Part shown: piece by piece, positions 59,248-64,000 of the stretch
Numbering within the stretch: the stretch's first letter is position 1
How the letters are laid out: every line of letters starts with the position of its first letter
Assembly (NCBI GenBank): GCA_902577905.1
Contig: CACHAQ010000001.1
Location: forward strand, 9,861 to 73,860
From: an uncultured Alphaproteobacteria bacterium
GTDB taxonomy: Bacteria; Pseudomonadota; Alphaproteobacteria; HIMB59; GCA-002718135
Reading direction: 5' to 3'
Length of the DNA: 64,000 nt
Position numbers and translations under genes: made by a program
Notes under the pieces: generated by a model
Told to the model about the DNA's origin: nothing
Databases searched by the model: none
What the model saw: only the letters and a program-made list of their open reading frames with translations

Positions 59248-61054
59248 CTCTAAATTATTAGAAGAAAAATTTATAAAAAAATCAAATAATAATTTTACCT
59301 TATTAAAAGATAATCTTTTTTTTCGAAATATAACTTTTCAAAATTTCCAAATATTAAAATTGATATCATTCTTGGTAAGAGACAAAAATTGGAATAACTA
59401 TGATCCTAAAATTATAAATTATGAAGAGAATTTTGATACATCATTAGAATATATATTCGATTTAGAATATGGTATAAAAGAAATTCTTAAAACAACAAAT
59501 ACTATATTATTTTCTGAAAATTCTATAACTTTATCTTCTGCAGGAGAATTTTTAACTGATTTTTGGACTAATAGAATAGGTTTTAATTTATTAATTCCAT
59601 TACAAAATCATGTCGGTTCAAACATTATTGTAACAAAAGAGACTGATGTAAAAGAGGAAAAAAAATTTCCAGAATTTATAAAACCTGACCAACCATTTTT
59701 TAAATTTAAAAACCTTTCTTATACTTTAGATGATAGTTTGTTGGTAAATATTAATTTTGAGGGTATTTTATTTGAAATGGAGGATCAAAGAAACTGGGGT
59801 GATGCTTCTTACAAAATATATAGTGGTTCTTTACTAGATCCTTTTCCATACGTTGAAAAGGAGGGGGGTAATTTCTCTCAAACTGTTAAAATAGATGTGG
59901 AAAATAAAAAACAAAGATCATTTCCATCTAAGAATATCATAAAAATTGATGATAGTGTCTCTTATAAATTTCCCAAAATTGGTATAAAAATTGATTCTCC
60001 AGCACTTCCTGATGATAATTTAATAGATAATTTTGATTATTATTACTATCTTATTGATTTTACTGAAGATTTTAAAAGTGTAGCTTCAAAATCTCTAAAC
60101 AAGGTTTTTCTTGTAGCCTTGGTTGACCATATTAAAGATCCTGAAAAAGAGTTAACTAAAATTCATAATTTTATAACTGAAAATACTATTAACTTAGATA
60201 AAATTTTAATTTGTCCAAAAATATATTTGAATAGTTTTCAACCTGCTGGTGAATGGCCTAAAGTTCCAGAATTAAATGCATACTATAAAATTGCGAAAAA
60301 GATGTTTTCTGATAGTCAAATTGTTTCAGGAATGGTCACTAATTTTACAGAATTAAATAGAAAGAGACCAAAAATGTTTTATGACTTGGTTAGTTTTTCC
60401 TTCACTCCAATTGTGCACGATTCTAGTGATTTTGGTGTGTTGAATACACCTGAAACTATACCTTATATCCTTAAAACTCTAAAAAATTTTTCTAATAGCT
60501 CAGATGTTCATATTGGCCCAATTTCTATTGGAATGCATTTCAATCCTTATGGTGAAAGTCTTGTAGATAATAAAAAGAAGATAAGATTAGAAATGGCTGA
60601 TAGCGATCCAAGACATGATCAATTATTTTCACTGACTTGGACACTGGCAATTTTTATTCAATCAATAAATAAAGAGTCAAAATTTTTTACTTTTAATTCT
60701 ATTTATGGGCATCATGGAATATTAAATAAAGATAATACCAAAAGACCATTGTATCATTTAAATAATTTTCTTATTTCATTATCAAATTCAAAAATTTTTA
60801 AATTTAATTCAATTAATGAAGTGTATGGATTAAAAATTGTATTAAATGATAAAAAATATTATTTATTTGTAAATTCTTCAAAACAAAAAAAGGAAATTGA
60901 TATTTCTGAGTTAAATTTTAGTTATCAATATAAACTTAATTTAAAAAATTTTACTGATATTTTTAAGAATGATTTCTCTTTTTTTAATTTTAAAAAAGAT
61001 ATAAATCCATATACGTTTGAACCATTAGAAATTAAATTTATAGAAGATAAATGA
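59240..61054 (+). CDS. D-apionate lactonase-like protein
   Basis: FLVRDKNW, TNRIGFNLLIP, FEMEDQRNWGDASYKIY, NFTELNRKRP, PIVH. Confidence 0.7.
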   Translation: MYNSKLLEEKFIKKSNNNFTLLKDNLFFRNITFQNFQILKLISFLVRDKNWNNYDPKIINYEENFDTSLEYIFDLEYGIKEILKTTNTILFSENSITLSSAGEFLTDFWTNRIGFNLLIPLQNHVGSNIIVTKETDVKEEKKFPEFIKPDQPFFKFKNLSYTLDDSLLVNINFEGILFEMEDQRNWGDASYKIYSGSLLDPFPYVEKEGGNFSQTVKIDVENKKQRSFPSKNIIKIDDSVSYKFPKIGIKIDSPALPDDNLIDNFDYYYYLIDFTEDFKSVASKSLNKVFLVALVDHIKDPEKELTKIHNFITENTINLDKILICPKIYLNSFQPAGEWPKVPELNAYYKIAKKMFSDSQIVSGMVTNFTELNRKRPKMFYDLVSFSFTPIVHDSSDFGVLNTPETIPYILKTLKNFSNSSDVHIGPISIGMHFNPYGESLVDNKKKIRLEMADSDPRHDQLFSLTWTLAIFIQSINKESKFFTFNSIYGHHGILNKDNTKRPLYHLNNFLISLSNSKIFKFNSINEVYGLKIVLNDKKYYLFVNSSKQKKEIDISELNFSYQYKLNLKNFTDIFKNDFSFFNFKKDINPYTFEPLEIKFIEDK

Positions 61055-62073
61055 AAAAATTAAAAGGAGCATTAATCGGTTGTGGTTTCTTTGCAGAAAA
61101 TCATATTTTAGCTTGGAAAGAATTAACAAATATAGAAATAATATGTGTTTGTGATTTAGATATAAAAAAAGCTAATAAATTTAAATCTAAATTTAATATT
61201 TTACATTCTTATTCATCAATAGATTTAATGTTAAAAAAACATAAAATTGACTTTGTTGATGTTGTAACAACAATGGAGACACACTTAGATATTTGTAAAA
61301 TTTTATCTAAATATAAAATTCCAACTTCTATACAAAAGCCATTTGCTGAAAATTTATTGAATGCGAAAAAAATTGTTTCTTTATATAAAAAAAACAAAAC
61401 TCCACTTATGGTTCATGAAAATTTTAGATGGCAAAGTCCTCTATTAAAATTAAAAGAAATTATAAATAAAGAGAAATTAACTAAACCACATTATGCCAAG
61501 ATATCTTTTAGACATGCAAATCCTGTTGGATATACCAATCAAACATATTTATATGATTTAAAAGAGTATTTAACCTTAGACGTAGGAATTCATTTATTTG
61601 ATTTAAGCAGATTTTTTATGGGAGAAGCTAAAAGTATTTATACCGTAAATCAAAATACAAATAGTAAATTTAAAGGTGAAACTGATTTTATATCACTTAT
61701 ACGAAATAAAAATAAAAGTATTACTATTGTTGATGCTTCTATTTCTTCAATAAAAAAACCTGATAGATTTGCTCAAACATTAGTTAATTTAGAATTCTCT
61801 AATGGCTCAATAGATTTAGACTATAATTATAAAATTACATTACACAAAAATAAAAAGAAGAAGATTTATGATGGAAAACCAAAGAAATATAATTGGATTT
61901 CAAAACCTTGGGATCAAATTCAAGAAAGTGTAATTAATACACACAAGCATTTCATTGATTCATTAATTAATAGAGTTGAACATGACACCAGTGGTGAAGA
62001 TAACATAAAGAGTTTATCATTAGTCTTCAATTCATACAAATCTAATAAACTAAGAAAAGAAATTAAAATTTAA
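61051..62073 (+). CDS. Gfo/Idh/MocA oxidoreductase, D-apiose dehydrogenase-like
   Basis: IGCGFFAENH, QKPFA, MVHENFRWQSP, DVGIHLFDLSRF; ATAA/ATGA-type overlap with the lactonase. Confidence 0.75.
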   Translation: MKKLKGALIGCGFFAENHILAWKELTNIEIICVCDLDIKKANKFKSKFNILHSYSSIDLMLKKHKIDFVDVVTTMETHLDICKILSKYKIPTSIQKPFAENLLNAKKIVSLYKKNKTPLMVHENFRWQSPLLKLKEIINKEKLTKPHYAKISFRHANPVGYTNQTYLYDLKEYLTLDVGIHLFDLSRFFMGEAKSIYTVNQNTNSKFKGETDFISLIRNKNKSITIVDASISSIKKPDRFAQTLVNLEFSNGSIDLDYNYKITLHKNKKKKIYDGKPKKYNWISKPWDQIQESVINTHKHFIDSLINRVEHDTSGEDNIKSLSLVFNSYKSNKLRKEIKI

Positions 62074-62086
62074 TTTTATTTAAAGT

Positions 62087-64000
62087 TTAAATTATAAATT
62101 TTGATATTTCATCTCTTATTAACTTACTTAAGAGACTGTAACCAAGTACATTCATGTGTAAAGGATCTTCTGAATAAAATTTTTCAAATCCAGCATCAAG
62201 CATAGGAGAACAAAGATCAATATAGCGCCATTGACTAAAATTTTCAATTTTATTTTTAATCCGTTCATTTGCTTCTAGAATTGTATTTAAATAATTATTC
62301 CTGAATACACTTGGTTTAATAGATACAAAAAAACATAATGTATGCGGTAACTTTTCATTAACCTCAGAAGCAAATAATAAAAATTCATTTTCTAAATCTT
62401 CAGCACTCATTCCACTACCTATATCATTATCCCCAGCGTAAAAAATCATCTTATCAGGGTTGTTAGGGACTACTATTCTGTTAAAATATGTACGGCATGA
62501 TACTAATGTGGAACCTCCAAATCCTAAATTTAATAAACTATCAAATGACAAATCAGTTTTTGCATTTTCCCAATCTTTAAAAGTTGAGCTTCCAAATAGA
62601 ACTATTTTGTTATTTTTATATTGATCTGAATATAATTTAATTTCTAATTCTCTCACGTCTGCTTCAAATTCTTCTTCAATAGGGCTAACTAAATTTAAGT
62701 TACTTACTACATCCTCATTATTAATTTTATTTTTTGATGCTGATTTTGCTAATTCAACTGCTTCTTCAACATAGGATCTAAATGTTTTTCTATATTTAGA
62801 TAGGAAATTTTCTAACTCTTTTTTATTTTTCATATCATTTACAAAATCTTTTATTTTGATTGGTTTTTTAATAACTGCAGAATAAATAGTATTAGAAATT
62901 GAATAATCAAAATTAGCTAATGCTATTGGAACAAGTAATGGTTCAGGCTTTAATTGATCTGCTAATAAAAATGCCCCTGGTTTTAATGAGCCTGGAGAAT
63001 TTGGAGTTAAATTATCTTCAGTTTCTGATGTCCCCTCTGGCGCAATAACTAAAGGCCTGTTTTGATCAAAAATATTTTGAGTTTCGATAAATAATTTATT
63101 TTTTCTTTTCTTTTTTTGTTCTTGAGTTTCATTTAAATAGTCTGACTCTGGTGTATGAACGAAAATATAATCTAAATTCTCATAATAATTATATCTCCAA
63201 AATTCAGTATTTCTAGAATATCGAGCTATTCTTTGACCGCCATCACCATATTTTGGAAACAAAATTTTTGCACTAATAAAATGACTATCTATACTAAATT
63301 GATGTCCATTAGCTAAACCATTTTCTTCAATACTTGCTAGATGATTATAAAAAAATATGTTTGTAGGCTCATCAGGTAAATTCTCCATACCTTTAATAAC
63401 ATAAGGTACTTGATCAAATGCTTTTATAAAATCTGAATTTGTTAATTTTTGTAAAGCTTGTTTATTTATTGAATCATACGAAGTTGCTACTCTGTTGTAT
63501 ATTTTATTTAGTTGTTTGAAAAATCTATTTTTTCTTTCTATACCACTCAATGTATCAATCATTAAACTAGCTATAGATTTTTCATCATCGTTACCTGTAA
63601 TTATTAAATCATAAATTGTATCGAATGCTAAAGAATGAGTTAAATGATTTTCTAATAAATGAGGTATTGTATAAAGTTTTGAATTACTAGGTATTGTTGC
63701 AGAATTATCATCTAATAAATATTGAAAAAACTCCTTTTCATTTTTAGCTGGATACGTTGTTAAGCCTGTTGAGCTTTGAATATATCGACCTAACTGCCAT
63801 AATTGTCTTTTAAAAAATTTGATTGCCAATTCTGAATTTGTTTTAATTAAATTGTCAATAAACTCATTTGAAAATTTTAAAATTGTTGTATCTCTTGTTG
63901 ATCTCAATGAATAAGGCGACTCAATATCATGCAAACCTGCGGATAAGGATAATGCTACTCCCGGTCTAGCTATTGATCTTGAGTTATTTTCTATCTGATC
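62087..64000 (-). CDS. Multidomain cNMP-binding-like / PlsC-type acyltransferase / SGNH (GDSL) hydrolase fusion, 5'-truncated by window edge
   Basis: Frame open to 64000; YSLRSTRDTTIL (cNMP-like); YNHL, HQFSID, APEGTS, KPGAF...LVPIA; FGSST, GFGGS, YAGDND, DPLH. Confidence 0.75.
   Translation of the reverse strand, partial: DQIENNSRSIARPGVALSLSAGLHDIESPYSLRSTRDTTILKFSNEFIDNLIKTNSELAIKFFKRQLWQLGRYIQSSTGLTTYPAKNEKEFFQYLLDDNSATIPSNSKLYTIPHLLENHLTHSLAFDTIYDLIITGNDDEKSIASLMIDTLSGIERKNRFFKQLNKIYNRVATSYDSINKQALQKLTNSDFIKAFDQVPYVIKGMENLPDEPTNIFFYNHLASIEENGLANGHQFSIDSHFISAKILFPKYGDGGQRIARYSRNTEFWRYNYYENLDYIFVHTPESDYLNETQEQKKKRKNKLFIETQNIFDQNRPLVIAPEGTSETEDNLTPNSPGSLKPGAFLLADQLKPEPLLVPIALANFDYSISNTIYSAVIKKPIKIKDFVNDMKNKKELENFLSKYRKTFRSYVEEAVELAKSASKNKINNEDVVSNLNLVSPIEEEFEADVRELEIKLYSDQYKNNKIVLFGSSTFKDWENAKTDLSFDSLLNLGFGGSTLVSCRTYFNRIVVPNNPDKMIFYAGDNDIGSGMSAEDLENEFLLFASEVNEKLPHTLCFFVSIKPSVFRNNYLNTILEANERIKNKIENFSQWRYIDLCSPMLDAGFEKFYSEDPLHMNVLGYSLLSKLIRDEISKFII

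Overview
Gene-dense, very AT-rich chromosomal segment of a streamlined marine alphaproteobacterium (SAR11-like, possibly the HIMB59/AEGEAN-169 lineage; this is inferred from composition, tiny intergenic gaps and gene order). The core genes are mcl-mtkAB, yajC-secDF, sodB, uvrA/ssb/gyrA/coaD, recG/sdhE/mfd, mltB-rlpA-dacA-tmk-holB-metG-tatD, tRNA-Lys(TTT) and tRNA-Ser(TGA). The accessory content includes four notable items. (i) A 7-8 gene cluster for an unknown GTP-derived product (creatininase, Zn-less MDR dehydrogenase, Cys-less PTPS-IV-type T-fold protein, GT4, SAM methyltransferase-like protein, RibD-C reductase, RibA). (ii) Two related, oppositely oriented structured intergenic elements (TACATA-N4-ATGTGGCACT...GTGYCACAA) with associated tiny hydrophobic ORFs, flanking a four-gene block at 53.7-57.0 kb. 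(iii) A TTC38-like/apionate lactonase/apiose dehydrogenase-like operon. (iv) A truncated cNMP-binding/acyltransferase/SGNH esterase fusion. Also present are an orphan tupA, a sulfatase, two Fe/2OG oxygenases, an HDAC-family enzyme and six DMT transporters. No integrase, transposase, phage genes, rRNA or CRISPR array were seen. All calls come from reading motifs by eye, with no database searches.
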